Position numbers and translations under genes: made by a program
The notes under the pieces: generated by a model
What the model saw: only the letters and a program-made list of their open reading frames with translations
The model's database searches: none
Told to the model about the DNA's origin: nothing
Origin: Ruminococcus sp.
Lineage (GTDB): Bacteria > Bacillota > Clostridia > Lachnospirales > Lachnospiraceae
Direction: 5' to 3'
Assembly: GCA_013911065.1 (NCBI GenBank)
Contig: JACERV010000012.1
Span: 21,123 to 85,122 of the forward strand
Length of the DNA: 64,000 bases
In this document: positions 30,186-40,516 of the stretch, one piece after another
How positions within the stretch are numbered: position 1 is the stretch's first letter
Layout of the letters: every line of letters starts with the position of its first letter

Positions 30186-30355
30186 AATAGTTTCCTCTTC
30201 TCCGTTGTATTTTTCTTACAATACCATAGATTTCCGCCTATGTGAAACAATATTCTAATACATCTTATTGATTTGAAACTTTCCAGACGTTATAATGGCA
30301 CTATTATAAGTGACTAAATCACTTCAAAAATATACGAAAAGGAGATTAAAACAGA

Positions 30356-30721
30356 ATGAAATTTGAAAAGATACTGAATAACAATATAGAAATGGCCCGT
30401 ATTACCGGAGAGGAGCTGTTAATTACAGATACACAGAGCGCGCTGGACTTAATAGCAACTGCATCATATGAAACACAATGCAACAGAATTATTCTGGATA
30501 AGGAATCTGTCTGTGATGATTTTTTTATACTCAGTACCCGCCTTGCTGGTGATATATTGCAAAAATATATTAACTATGGAATAAAAATGGCAATTATAGG
30601 TGACTATTCCCATTATACCAGTAAACCACTTCATGACTTTATATATGAAAGTAATCACGGAAAAGACTTTTTCTTCGTTTCTACACTGGATGAGGCTGTT
30701 TCCCGCCTCTCAGCCGTATAA
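30356..30721 (+). CDS. DUF4180-family protein
   Basis: The size and the FF.LST.LAGDILQK..NY..K.AI.GD pattern are what I recognise as DUF4180. Confidence 0.55.
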   Translation: MKFEKILNNNIEMARITGEELLITDTQSALDLIATASYETQCNRIILDKESVCDDFFILSTRLAGDILQKYINYGIKMAIIGDYSHYTSKPLHDFIYESNHGKDFFFVSTLDEAVSRLSAV

Positions 30722-30862
30722 GTGACGAATCTTTGAACATCAAACACCTATACTTATTGTGCAGATTAGTAGAATTTCACAGTCCGGCTGTCCTGGTTGA
30801 AAAGCTTCCAGCAGACACCGTATATAAACTGCTAAGGTTTACCCTCATTCCAGGGGAATATA

Positions 30863-30891
30863 TTGACAAACATATTTAAAATTCATATACT
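30863..30891 (+). promoter_or_regulatory. Sigma-A-type promoter: TTGACA, 17 nt, TATACT
   Basis: ttgaca at 30863-30868, a 17-nt spacer, and tatact at 30886-30891. It lies upstream of the permease gene. Confidence 0.65.
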
Positions 30892-30942
30892 AAGCTGCTA
30901 AGTTAAGTCAAAAAATTGAATATAGGTTTTGGAGGTTTCAAA

Positions 30943-32790
30943 GTGAACATTAAAAATGTCTTATTAGGCAAACCATTAAAGAACAATGAACTTGCACATG
31001 AAAAATTATCAAAGCTATGGGGATTACCCATACTTGCCAGTGATGCTGTATCCTCAGTTGCATACGCTATTGAGGAAATCCTGCTGGTTTTAATTCCTTT
31101 TGCCAGTGTCGCAGCATTTCATTTTGTTCCTTATATTGTAATACCCATTCTGCTTCTGCTGCTAATTTTAGTATTTTCATATTCACAGATTATAGATTAT
31201 TATCCTCAGGGCGGAGGCGCATATGCAGTAGCAAAGGAAAATGTTGGAAACAAGGCGGCGCTGCTGACAGCAGCAGCGTTAATTATCGATTATATTATGA
31301 CCGTTGCAGTTAGTATCTCTTCTTCAACGGCTGCACTTGTGTCAGCATTTCCAGCCTTTCAGGATCACAAGGTATTGATTTCCCTTGTATGCGTTTTCAT
31401 AATTACGCTGATTAATCTTAGAGGGGCAAGAGAGGCATCCAAGATATTCGGACTGCCAACTTACATTTTTATTTTTTCTATGGCGTCACTGATAATTGTT
31501 GGGTTTTTCAGGATATTAACAGGTACCCTTCATCCTATCGAATATCAGACAGGTATATTTCCTAAGGAGACACTGCAGGGCATTGGGGTTCTGTTCTTAC
31601 TAAAAGCCTTTTCATCCGGCTGCTCTGCAATGTCGGGTATTGAGGCAGTAAGTAACTCGGTTCCAAGCTTTAAAAATCCTGCAACACGAAATGCAAAGTT
31701 GATTTTATGTACATTGGCAGGAATTATTATCTTTATTTTCGGAGGGATTTCACTGCTTGCAGTAAACCTGAAAGTTGGTATAGTTCACGGCCATACCGTA
31801 TTGTCCCAGCTATCATCAGCAGTTTTTGGACATACCTTTATGTTTTATGTGATTCAGGTATTTACTTCCCTGATTTTGATTCTTGCGGCAAATACTGCTT
31901 ACAATGGACTGCCCCAATTATTGTATATACTGGCTCATGACGGATATGTGCCAAGGCAGTTTTCTTCAAGGGGAACAAAACTAAGCTTTTCCAATGGAAT
32001 CGTATTCATTTATATCGTCTCTTCCCTGCTGATTATTGGATTCGGAAGTGATACACATAAAATGGTTCCATTATATTCTGTGGGTGTATTTATATCCTTC
32101 ACTGTAGCCCAATTTAGTATGTTTCTGAAGTGGCGCAAAATAAAGGAAAAGAACTGGCAGTATAAATGTTGGATTAACGGAGTAGGAGCAATTGTAACAC
32201 TGGTCGTATCTGTCATTGTCTTCTCTACAAAATTTACAGATGGTGCATGGTTATTAGGAATTGCCATACCATTCCTGATGTTCCTGATGTACTTCATTAA
32301 TAAACATTATACATTTGTTGCAGAACAATTGAAGCTGGATGTTTTTCACCCTTATGACAAGGTATCCTCCACACAATGTATTGTACTGGTACACGATATC
32401 AACAAGCCCTTTTTAAAGGCTATCAACTATGCAAATTCTATTTCCAATAATATCACTGCCCTGCATATCTGCCGTCATCCGGAGCATGCAGAGGCTTTGC
32501 GGAAGGAATGGGAGGAGCTTAAAATCCCATGCAAGTTAAAGATTATCGAGACACCCTACCGGGATATTATTAAACCTATGGATCAATATCTGTGGGAAAG
32601 GGAAAAGGCATTGAAACCTGGGGAAAATATCTCTGTTATTACAATTAAATTTGTAATAGATCATTGGTATGATAATGTACTTCATAATCAGACCACATAT
32701 TTTATCAGTCATAATTTAAGCAAACATAAAAATATATCTACAATTGTTCTTCCCTTCCATTACGATTTAAGGAATGTAGAACGCCATTAA
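30943..32790 (+). CDS. APC-superfamily permease with a cytoplasmic C-terminal domain, KimA (K+/H+ symporter)-like
   Basis: N-terminal LLGKPLKN.E..HEKLSK..GLPILASDAVSSVAYAIEEIL resembles the KimA family. 12 TM helices plus a soluble tail of about 170 aa. Start preferred at the GTG at 30943, 7 nt after GGAGG. Confidence 0.65.
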   Translation: MNIKNVLLGKPLKNNELAHEKLSKLWGLPILASDAVSSVAYAIEEILLVLIPFASVAAFHFVPYIVIPILLLLLILVFSYSQIIDYYPQGGGAYAVAKENVGNKAALLTAAALIIDYIMTVAVSISSSTAALVSAFPAFQDHKVLISLVCVFIITLINLRGAREASKIFGLPTYIFIFSMASLIIVGFFRILTGTLHPIEYQTGIFPKETLQGIGVLFLLKAFSSGCSAMSGIEAVSNSVPSFKNPATRNAKLILCTLAGIIIFIFGGISLLAVNLKVGIVHGHTVLSQLSSAVFGHTFMFYVIQVFTSLILILAANTAYNGLPQLLYILAHDGYVPRQFSSRGTKLSFSNGIVFIYIVSSLLIIGFGSDTHKMVPLYSVGVFISFTVAQFSMFLKWRKIKEKNWQYKCWINGVGAIVTLVVSVIVFSTKFTDGAWLLGIAIPFLMFLMYFINKHYTFVAEQLKLDVFHPYDKVSSTQCIVLVHDINKPFLKAINYANSISNNITALHICRHPEHAEALRKEWEELKIPCKLKIIETPYRDIIKPMDQYLWEREKALKPGENISVITIKFVIDHWYDNVLHNQTTYFISHNLSKHKNISTIVLPFHYDLRNVERH

Positions 32791-32812
32791 AAAAAGAGCT
32801 TCGGCTCTTTTT

Positions 32813-33442
32813 TTAATTGGCATTCTTCTCATCTTTTACTGACACATATTTGTTATCTTTTATATAAAATCTCCACATGTAATCTTTCGCTTCCCCCGTG
32901 TTGGGAATCCCTACCCGCCTACAGGATACTAGCGTAAAGTTCTCCTCCTGCCCTTCTTCAATATATAGCCTACTGCCGCATAAATCCTCCCCGTTCAGAC
33001 CTTTGTCAATCCGAAAGGCACCGCATAATTTCCCAGGTCCGTTCGTCAGCCCGATAATTTGAGATTTCTTTAATTCATGAAGTGGTTTTTTAAATCTGTT
33101 CTGGGCCATGAATTCAATTCCTCCCATTGGCTCAACAGCCCTTATCAGGACGGCCTGGGGAGTTCCCTCTTCCCTGGTGACCACATTAAAGCAATAGTAC
33201 ATACCATAAATAAAGTAGACATAGGAAAATCCAGGTCCTCCATACATAACTTCCACTCTTGGCGTCCTTCTCCCGCCATAGGAGTGTGCTGCCTTATCTT
33301 CCACCCCCATATATGCTTCTGTTTCCACAATTTTGGCAGAAATCTTTTGCCCGTCCACCTCATGTACAAGCACCTTTCCCAAAAGCTCCTTTGCAACAAT
33401 TAATGAATCTTTATTATAAAACTCTCTGGGTAATTTTCCCAT
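32813..33442 (-). CDS. DNA-3-methyladenine glycosylase (Mpg/AAG family)
   Basis: LLGK.LV......ISAKIVETEAY.G..D.A.HSYGGRRT.R...M.G.PG..YVYF.YGM motif block. Start set at the ATG at 33442, which follows GGGAGG. Confidence 0.9.
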   Translation of the reverse strand: MGKLPREFYNKDSLIVAKELLGKVLVHEVDGQKISAKIVETEAYMGVEDKAAHSYGGRRTPRVEVMYGGPGFSYVYFIYGMYYCFNVVTREEGTPQAVLIRAVEPMGGIEFMAQNRFKKPLHELKKSQIIGLTNGPGKLCGAFRIDKGLNGEDLCGSRLYIEEGQEENFTLVSCRRVGIPNTGEAKDYMWRFYIKDNKYVSVKDEKNAN

Positions 33443-33667
33443 CGATAAACCTCCCTGCAGCCTTTTTTTGTTCAATAAGTATACCCTATTTATATATAAT
33501 ATATCATAAGCACAGGGCTAGTAAATCCCTCTCTAAATATTTAGGTGTTTTTTGAGATTCTGAATGCTCAATGAAACCTTTCGTCAGCTTCATGTTTATG
33601 CTATAATAACTTTTAATAACGTTTGATTTTGTACCGCATTCATTAAAATATGTAGGAGTTTCAGTAT

Positions 33668-36256
33668 ATGACAAAAGAAGAAGCAAGATTACTAGTACAA
33701 AAGCGCATTGCTGTAACTATTTTTTTAGTATTAACTTTTTTAATATTGATTTATTATTTTTTCTTTTACAGGGAGGATAACACTTTTGTCAGAAAAGATT
33801 ATTCTTCTGTAAAACGCGTCCTTTTTATCAGCTCCTACAGTGAAAGCTTTGAAACTGTGGATTTACAAAAAGAAGGAATCAAGGAAGGGTTTGCCAACCA
33901 TAATATTCAGCTCGATATTGAATATATGGATACAAAGAAATACGTTGAAAAAGAGAATGAGGATTTATTTTATCAAACTCTTCGCTATAAACTGAAACAC
34001 ACGGATAAATACGATGCTATATTACTGGGTGATGATGCGGCACTGGAATTTGGAGAAACTTACCAGCAAGAGTTATTCCAGGGAATACCTATGGTCTTCT
34101 TTTGTATCAACAATATAGACTATGCAATAAGAGCAGGGACAAACCCTTATATTACAGGTGCAGTGGAAAAACTATATCTGAGAGATACCATTGATATTGC
34201 AATTCAGTTCCAGCCTAAGGCAAAAAAAATAATTGCAATATATGACAGTGCCCTATCAGGGCAGGGGGATGAAAAGCAGTTTTTCGCAGCAAAAAATGAT
34301 TACCCTGAATATCAATTTGAAGGAATCAATTCATCAAACTATACACTGGAGGAGTTTGGAGCAAAACTTGACCAAATATCAGACGACAGTATCCTTATAT
34401 ATATGAGCAGTTTTGAAGATGTAGACGGAAACCAGTATACGATACCTGAAAGTGTCCAATTTATTGTGACACATACTCATGTGCCGGTATACCGAGTTTC
34501 TATTTCTGCCGGAATCGGAAAGGGGCTTATCGGCGGAAAAACGGTTTCCTATGAAAAATCAGGCCGTAAAGCTGCCTCAATGGTGCTTGAAATTCTAAAT
34601 GGAGCAAATGTAGCCGATATTCCGGTAGTTCTAAAGGGAGAAAGTCAGTATTGCTTTGATTATCAGGTTTTAAAAAAGTACAATATTAATCCTTCACTGA
34701 TCCCTCAGAATGCTGTCATTGTAAATAAAGAACAGACTATTTTTGAAAAGTATAGGAGGGTAATGATTCCGGTATTTCTATTTGTTTTTGTATGTCTGTC
34801 CATAATATTTATTACGCTGATTGACAATTTAAAGCGCAGCCGTCTTACAAAAGAATTGCAGGAATCCCACGATAAATTACAGGAGACGTATCGTAAATTA
34901 ATTATTACGGAAGAGAAATTAAAACAGCAGTATGAGGAAAATCAAGAATACACAAAGTATCTGGAAACAAAAGAAGAAGTTATTCGTTACCAGGCGGAAC
35001 ATGATTATCTGACAGAGCTTCCAAACAGACGCTCCGCTATGGATATGCTGAATATGCTGATTGCCACAAAACAAAAATGTACTGTTATTATTATGGATAT
35101 TGATGATTTTAAGGAAATTAACGATTCCTACGGACATGCCTGCGGGGATGCAGTTTTAAAGGGAATATCCCGGCGCCTGCTGGATCTTATGCGGGACCAG
35201 CGATTTTATGCCTCAAGATTAGGAGGCGATGAGTTCCTTCTAATTATAAAATCTATAGAAACAGGACCCGGCAGTAAATTAATGCTCCAAATAAAACAAG
35301 TTTTTTCAAAGCCTATTATCTTTGAAGAGAAGGAACAGTACATAAGAGTGAGCATGGGGGTAGCCTATTTCAAGGGAGGTATAACAGAAGCCGGCGAAAT
35401 CATTTCAAATGCCGACTTTGCAATGTATACAGCCAAAAAGTCAGGCAAAAATGAATGTTTTTATTACAATTCAGGTATGAAAAATGAAATGATTAACCGT
35501 AAAAATATTAAAAGTATCCTAAGCGAAGCCTGCAGACATGATCGGTTCCATGTTTTATATCAGCCCCAGGTTAAGGCCGCAACCGGTATGATAGCCGGCT
35601 ATGAAGCACTTCTCCGGCTAAAAGACCATGCCATTTCTCCTGCCCAGTTCATATCGATAGCAGAAGAAACAGACATCATATTGACACTGGGCCGCATTGT
35701 AACCAAAAAGGTAGTGGAGCAGATGGCAGTATGGAGAGGTCATGGATTAGAGTTGCGTTCTGTCGCAATAAACTTTTCAAGTAAGCAAATAAAAGATAAA
35801 GGCTATGTATGCTATTTAAAGAACTTACTGGATAAATACAAGATTCCACCGGAATTAATAGAAATTGAGATTACAGAAAGTATTTTCATAAATAACAATG
35901 AAAATGCCATGAAATTGTTCGAAGATTTTTTGTCCATCGGGGTGAAGCTTGCGCTGGATGATTTTGGTACTGGATACTCCTCTATTAACTACCTGACATA
36001 CATACCGGTAAAAAAGATAAAAATAGATAAATCTCTCGTTGATATTTTCCTAAAAGATGAGAAGGATGCATTCATTGAAAATATCATACGCCTGGCACAT
36101 TGTCTGGGATTAAAAATCACAGTCGAAGGGGTAGAGGAAGAGCGGCAGCACGAAAGATTAAAAGATTTTGAATGTGACTATATTCAGGGTTACTACTTCA
36201 GCCGGCCAATAACTGGAGAAGATGTAGAGCTGTTAAAAAGTCCTATTAAAAAATGA
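33668..36256 (+). CDS. GGDEF-EAL protein with an N-terminal extracytoplasmic substrate-binding-like domain
   Basis: TM helix, a periplasmic-type domain of about 330 aa, a second TM helix and a coiled coil. GGDEF (RLGGDEFLL), then EAL (YEALLRL, DDFGTGYSS). Confidence 0.9.
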   Translation: MTKEEARLLVQKRIAVTIFLVLTFLILIYYFFFYREDNTFVRKDYSSVKRVLFISSYSESFETVDLQKEGIKEGFANHNIQLDIEYMDTKKYVEKENEDLFYQTLRYKLKHTDKYDAILLGDDAALEFGETYQQELFQGIPMVFFCINNIDYAIRAGTNPYITGAVEKLYLRDTIDIAIQFQPKAKKIIAIYDSALSGQGDEKQFFAAKNDYPEYQFEGINSSNYTLEEFGAKLDQISDDSILIYMSSFEDVDGNQYTIPESVQFIVTHTHVPVYRVSISAGIGKGLIGGKTVSYEKSGRKAASMVLEILNGANVADIPVVLKGESQYCFDYQVLKKYNINPSLIPQNAVIVNKEQTIFEKYRRVMIPVFLFVFVCLSIIFITLIDNLKRSRLTKELQESHDKLQETYRKLIITEEKLKQQYEENQEYTKYLETKEEVIRYQAEHDYLTELPNRRSAMDMLNMLIATKQKCTVIIMDIDDFKEINDSYGHACGDAVLKGISRRLLDLMRDQRFYASRLGGDEFLLIIKSIETGPGSKLMLQIKQVFSKPIIFEEKEQYIRVSMGVAYFKGGITEAGEIISNADFAMYTAKKSGKNECFYYNSGMKNEMINRKNIKSILSEACRHDRFHVLYQPQVKAATGMIAGYEALLRLKDHAISPAQFISIAEETDIILTLGRIVTKKVVEQMAVWRGHGLELRSVAINFSSKQIKDKGYVCYLKNLLDKYKIPPELIEIEITESIFINNNENAMKLFEDFLSIGVKLALDDFGTGYSSINYLTYIPVKKIKIDKSLVDIFLKDEKDAFIENIIRLAHCLGLKITVEGVEEERQHERLKDFECDYIQGYYFSRPITGEDVELLKSPIKK

Positions 36257-36280
36257 GGCAAAGTCTGATTCGACTTTGCC
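36257..36280. terminator. Hairpin terminator between convergent genes
   Basis: ggcaaagtc-tgattc-gactttgcc. Confidence 0.65.
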
Positions 36281-36325
36281 CTAATTCCTTAATCTATTAT
36301 AAAGTAACTCTGCTTTAAACGTCTT

Positions 36326-36796
36326 CTAAATTGCCCCCGCTTCCTCAAGCTCCTTGATAATAATCTTTTTCATTTTCATCATGGCTTGCACCTGAGCATC
36401 TGTCTTCGTTAACTCCCCCATATTATATGGCGCTATCTGCCAGGATAAACCAAACTTATCCTTAACCCATCCACACTGCTCTGCCTCTTTAACATGGGAT
36501 AACTTGTCCCAAAAGTAGTCAATCTCATCCTGATTTTCACATTCTACCGTCATTGATATGGCTTCGTTAAAATGGAAATACGGGCCGCCATCCAGAGCAA
36601 GATACTTCTGTCCGTTCAATGTAAATTCAGCAGTAATAATCTTGCCTGCCATACCCTTAAAATGCTCATCAAGACTTTCATCGGGGTACTTAACAATTTC
36701 TTGTATTCCGGAGTTGGGGAAAATGCTTACATAATAATTAATCGCTTCCTCACAGTTATTATCACCAAACCATAGTGATGGTACAATCTTTTTCAT
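36326..36796 (-). CDS. VOC-superfamily protein (PhnB / 3-demethylubiquinone-9 3-methyltransferase-domain type)
   Basis: KIVPSLWF......EA..YY.SIF N-terminus. Start set at the ATG at 36796, which follows AAGGAGG. Confidence 0.7.
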   Translation of the reverse strand: MKKIVPSLWFGDNNCEEAINYYVSIFPNSGIQEIVKYPDESLDEHFKGMAGKIITAEFTLNGQKYLALDGGPYFHFNEAISMTVECENQDEIDYFWDKLSHVKEAEQCGWVKDKFGLSWQIAPYNMGELTKTDAQVQAMMKMKKIIIKELEEAGAI

Positions 36797-36936
36797 TTGT
36801 TGCCTCCTTTTTAAAAGTGAATTAAGTTTTTTTCGCATGGCAATAAAGTTTATTATTATTTTACGACAAATTATAAAATGATTCCATCAAATAATTACGG
36901 TGAATATCTCTCTTTATATCCAACTTATTTCATAAT

Positions 36937-38661
36937 TTAAGACACCTGGGCCTGATATAGCTTTGCATAAATTCCTCCCCGGCAGATTAACTCCTCATGA
37001 GTTCCGATTTCTCCAATGTTGGTTCCATCCAATACTACAATTTTATCTGCCTGACGAATAGTTGATAATCGGTGAGCGATTACAAAGGTAGTTCTTTCTC
37101 TGGAAATCTCATCCAAAGCAAGCTGAATTTCCTTTTCTGTCTTGGTATCCAAAGCCGAAGTCGCTTCATCTAAAATGAGAATTGGTGAATTTCTTAAGAT
37201 GGCTCTGGCAATCGAAAGCCTTTGCTTTTGTCCTCCTGACAGTCTGACCCCTCTTTCACCAATGACCGTGTCATATCCCTCTTCCATCTCTGTAATAAAT
37301 TCATGGGCATTGGCTGCCTTTGCGGCTGCCAGTACCTGCTCCTTACTTGCTTCTTTCCAGCCATAAATAATATTTTCATAAATCGTTCCATTAAACAAAA
37401 AGGTATCCTGTAAAACCATACTGATATTGTCTCTCAGACTTTTTAAAGTAACATCTTTAATATCTGTTCCGTCAATATAAATACTTCCTTTCTGGGGATC
37501 ATAAAAACGGTTTAAGAGACTGGCAATCGTTGTTTTTCCTACCCCTGTCTTTCCGACAAAAGCTATTGTCTCTCCTGGTTCTACTTCCAGATTCATATGT
37601 TCTAATACATAGTTTTGGTCATTATAGGAAAAAGATACATTCCGAAAACTTATCCTTCCCTTTGCCCTTGGAAGATTCTGTGCATTTGGCTTTTCTTTTA
37701 CATCAGGCGTCTCATCAAGTATTTCAAGCACACGCTGACAGCCTGCCGAGGCATTTCCTGCCATCTCTACAAGACCGGAAAAACTTTTAATGGGACCGTA
37801 AAACATACTCAGATACATAACAAAAGCCACAATATCCCCTACCTGAACTTCCCCTGATGTTACTAATCTTCCTCCAAAAATCACAACAACAACAGAACCC
37901 AGGGCTGTAAAAAATGCAAGTAAAGGATAGGTTGTTTCAAAGAAAAAGCTGGCTCTTAAATAAACTTTACTATGTTTAAGAGAAAGCTGGGAAATCTTCT
38001 TTTCTTCTTTCTCCTGCTGATTAAATATCTGGATTTCCTTAATCCCAGAAAAATTGTCCTGTACAATGCCGGACAGTTCTCCTCTGACCTTGGTATTCTG
38101 ACGCCAGATAGGTGCCAGGTATTTTCCCTGCCACAACGTAATTCCCAGAAGAAAGGGAATGGTAATCAGGCTTACAACCGCCAGTTTCACATTAATAAAG
38201 AATAGCACAAAACCAACACCAAAAAAGGTCAGCAGATTTACAACAAAATCAGGAATCACATGGGCCAGCAGCATCTCCGCTTCCATAGCATCGCTGATCA
38301 CCCGGCTTGTCAAATCCCCCGTCCGGCTGTTGTTAAAATACTTAAGGCTCATACATTGGAATTTGGAGTATAAGCGACTTCTCCAGTCTGCAACAAAATG
38401 TAGTGCTGCATAATGGTTCAAGTATCCTGCAAGGGAAGAACCTCCTGTCTGCAGCACAGTAGCTGCCAAAAGCAGAACCCCTATTTTCATAGCCTGTATC
38501 CCAAATTCCGATGTATCACCTGCTGCCAGCCCAGTCAGTTCCCTGAGAGCCCACGGCGTATAAAATCCTGCAACGGTAGATACCATGACAGCAAGTAAAG
38601 CTATTAAAAGATGGAGCCAGTATTTCCTCGCATCTTTCAGAACACGGATTACGGTGTTCAT
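36937..38661 (-). CDS. ABC exporter-fold half transporter (fused TMD-NBD, MsbA-like)
   Basis: 6 TM helices followed by GKTGVGKTT / LSGGQKQRLSIAR / ILILDEATS. The ATG overlaps the stop of the upstream ATPase gene (ATGA). Confidence 0.88.
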   Translation of the reverse strand: MNTVIRVLKDARKYWLHLLIALLAVMVSTVAGFYTPWALRELTGLAAGDTSEFGIQAMKIGVLLLAATVLQTGGSSLAGYLNHYAALHFVADWRSRLYSKFQCMSLKYFNNSRTGDLTSRVISDAMEAEMLLAHVIPDFVVNLLTFFGVGFVLFFINVKLAVVSLITIPFLLGITLWQGKYLAPIWRQNTKVRGELSGIVQDNFSGIKEIQIFNQQEKEEKKISQLSLKHSKVYLRASFFFETTYPLLAFFTALGSVVVVIFGGRLVTSGEVQVGDIVAFVMYLSMFYGPIKSFSGLVEMAGNASAGCQRVLEILDETPDVKEKPNAQNLPRAKGRISFRNVSFSYNDQNYVLEHMNLEVEPGETIAFVGKTGVGKTTIASLLNRFYDPQKGSIYIDGTDIKDVTLKSLRDNISMVLQDTFLFNGTIYENIIYGWKEASKEQVLAAAKAANAHEFITEMEEGYDTVIGERGVRLSGGQKQRLSIARAILRNSPILILDEATSALDTKTEKEIQLALDEISRERTTFVIAHRLSTIRQADKIVVLDGTNIGEIGTHEELICRGGIYAKLYQAQVS

Positions 38662-39491
38662 ACTGCTACCCCCTCCTTTTTATGATATCCGGTCACAGAT
38701 TCTTCCCCTTGAATCACATCATAAGTAAGGCAAATAGGTCTTCCTGTGCGAGGTTCCTGTACAATCACCGCATCAATCTGGAATGTTTTTCTAAGAACCC
38801 TGGCAGTCATTACTTCTTTGGGAGAACCATGCTTTATTATTTTCCCTTTTTGTATAGCTATCATATAGTCTGAAAACCTGGCTGCAAGATTCAAATCATG
38901 GAGAACCATTACAATCGTGCAGTTCTGGTCTCGATTTAATTCGAATAAAAGACTTAGCACTTCTAACTGATGGGCAAGGTCCAGATAGGTAGTTGGCTCA
39001 TCCAGCAGAATTAAGTCCGTCTGCTGAGCCAGTGCCATGGCAATCCAGACTCTCTGCCGCTGGCCTCCTGATAAGGTATCTACCTCCCGGTTCTCAAACC
39101 CTCTCAGCTTGGTAACCTCCAAAGCCCATTTTACAATTTTTTTATCTTCCGGGGTAAGCTTTCCAAACCCTTTTTGATGAGGAAAACGCCCATAAGCTAC
39201 CAGTTCGCTCACTGTTAATCCGCTGGGGGCAGTGGGGGTCTGGGGCAGAATCGCCATTTTCTTTGCCACTTCTTTTGTTGATAAATTCCGTATATCATCT
39301 CCATCCAGATATACCATCCCGCACTTGGGTTTCAGAATACGTCCCACTGCTTTTAGCACGGTGGATTTCCCACAACCATTAGGTCCTATAATGGAAGTAA
39401 CTTTTCCATGGGGAATCTGCATATTTAATTCTTTTACGATTAATGTATCATCATAAGCAATATCCAGTTGTTCTGTTGTAATACTGTTCAT
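38658..39491 (-). CDS. Iron-siderophore-type ABC importer ATPase (FecE/FhuC-like)
   Basis: GPNGCGKST / LSGGQRQRVWIA / LLLDEPT. It sits beside FecCD-type permease genes. Confidence 0.88.
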   Translation of the reverse strand: MNSITTEQLDIAYDDTLIVKELNMQIPHGKVTSIIGPNGCGKSTVLKAVGRILKPKCGMVYLDGDDIRNLSTKEVAKKMAILPQTPTAPSGLTVSELVAYGRFPHQKGFGKLTPEDKKIVKWALEVTKLRGFENREVDTLSGGQRQRVWIAMALAQQTDLILLDEPTTYLDLAHQLEVLSLLFELNRDQNCTIVMVLHDLNLAARFSDYMIAIQKGKIIKHGSPKEVMTARVLRKTFQIDAVIVQEPRTGRPICLTYDVIQGEESVTGYHKKEGVAV

Positions 39492-39502
39492 AGTCTCCTC
39501 CT

Positions 39503-40516
39503 TTAATTTGACCTTGCCAAAAGATATAGAAAATACGGAGTACTGAGCACTGTAATAATAATACCTGTAGGCACATCTGACCCAAGACTGACGGTACGGG
39601 TAATGGTATCTGCCAGCAGTATAATAATGGAAGCTGTCAGGCAGGAAGCAGGCATCAGGAGCCTATGATTTGGTCCCACCAGTTTCCTTGCCATGTGGGG
39701 CGCAATCATACCTACAAAGAAAAAATTACCCCCTACAGCCACACTGCCTGAGGAAAGTGCCACTGCTGCAATGGACAGGCCTAAAAATTCAGGTTTTACA
39801 GCCACTCCCAGTCCCGCAGCTGTCTGATTTCCAAGATTTAAAGCATTCAGTATTCGTGATTTATAGAATGTGTAAACAAATAGTATTAAAACCCAGGGTG
39901 CCAAAACTGCAATATAATTCCAGTTGTCTCCCCATAGACTGCCTGCACTCCAACGCTGGATAAAGTCCATCTGATTCTGATCCAGCTTTAATGTCAGCAA
40001 TGTAGTCAAAGCGCCATACCCGCTTCCCAAGGCAACACCGGTCAGAATAAGGCCTGTGGGAGAGATCTCTTTTCCCCTCCTGTAAGAAAGCAGATAAATA
40101 ATTGCTGCCGCAGTGATTCCTCCTATAAAAGCCAGTAAGGGAAGTGCAATAATGGAGGACATTCCCTGCACCCGGAAAAACACTATAAACATCAAGACAA
40201 AAAGCCCCGACCCGGAACTGATCCCAAGGGTTCCCGGACTTGCCATATCATTGCGCAAAAGGCTTTGCATAATGCAGCCGGAAGCTCCCATTCCAATTCC
40301 TACAAGAACTGCCAGAATAATACGCGGAAGGCGGAATTCAAATACAATCAGATTTTGTTTTTCTGTTCCTTTTCCAAGAACTACATTAAAAACCTCCCCG
40401 GGAGTAAGATTCATTTTCCCTGAATTCATACTTATGACAGCAATGACCAGCATGAGCGCCATCATAATAAGAATCATCCAGATACCACGGTTCATCGTAT
40501 ATCTTTGTTTCTTCAT
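39503..40516 (-). CDS. FecCD-family iron-chelate ABC permease
   Basis: FecCD-type topology and Gly-rich conserved regions. Confidence 0.88.
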   Translation of the reverse strand: MKKQRYTMNRGIWMILIMMALMLVIAVISMNSGKMNLTPGEVFNVVLGKGTEKQNLIVFEFRLPRIILAVLVGIGMGASGCIMQSLLRNDMASPGTLGISSGSGLFVLMFIVFFRVQGMSSIIALPLLAFIGGITAAAIIYLLSYRRGKEISPTGLILTGVALGSGYGALTTLLTLKLDQNQMDFIQRWSAGSLWGDNWNYIAVLAPWVLILFVYTFYKSRILNALNLGNQTAAGLGVAVKPEFLGLSIAAVALSSGSVAVGGNFFFVGMIAPHMARKLVGPNHRLLMPASCLTASIIILLADTITRTVSLGSDVPTGIIITVLSTPYFLYLLARSN

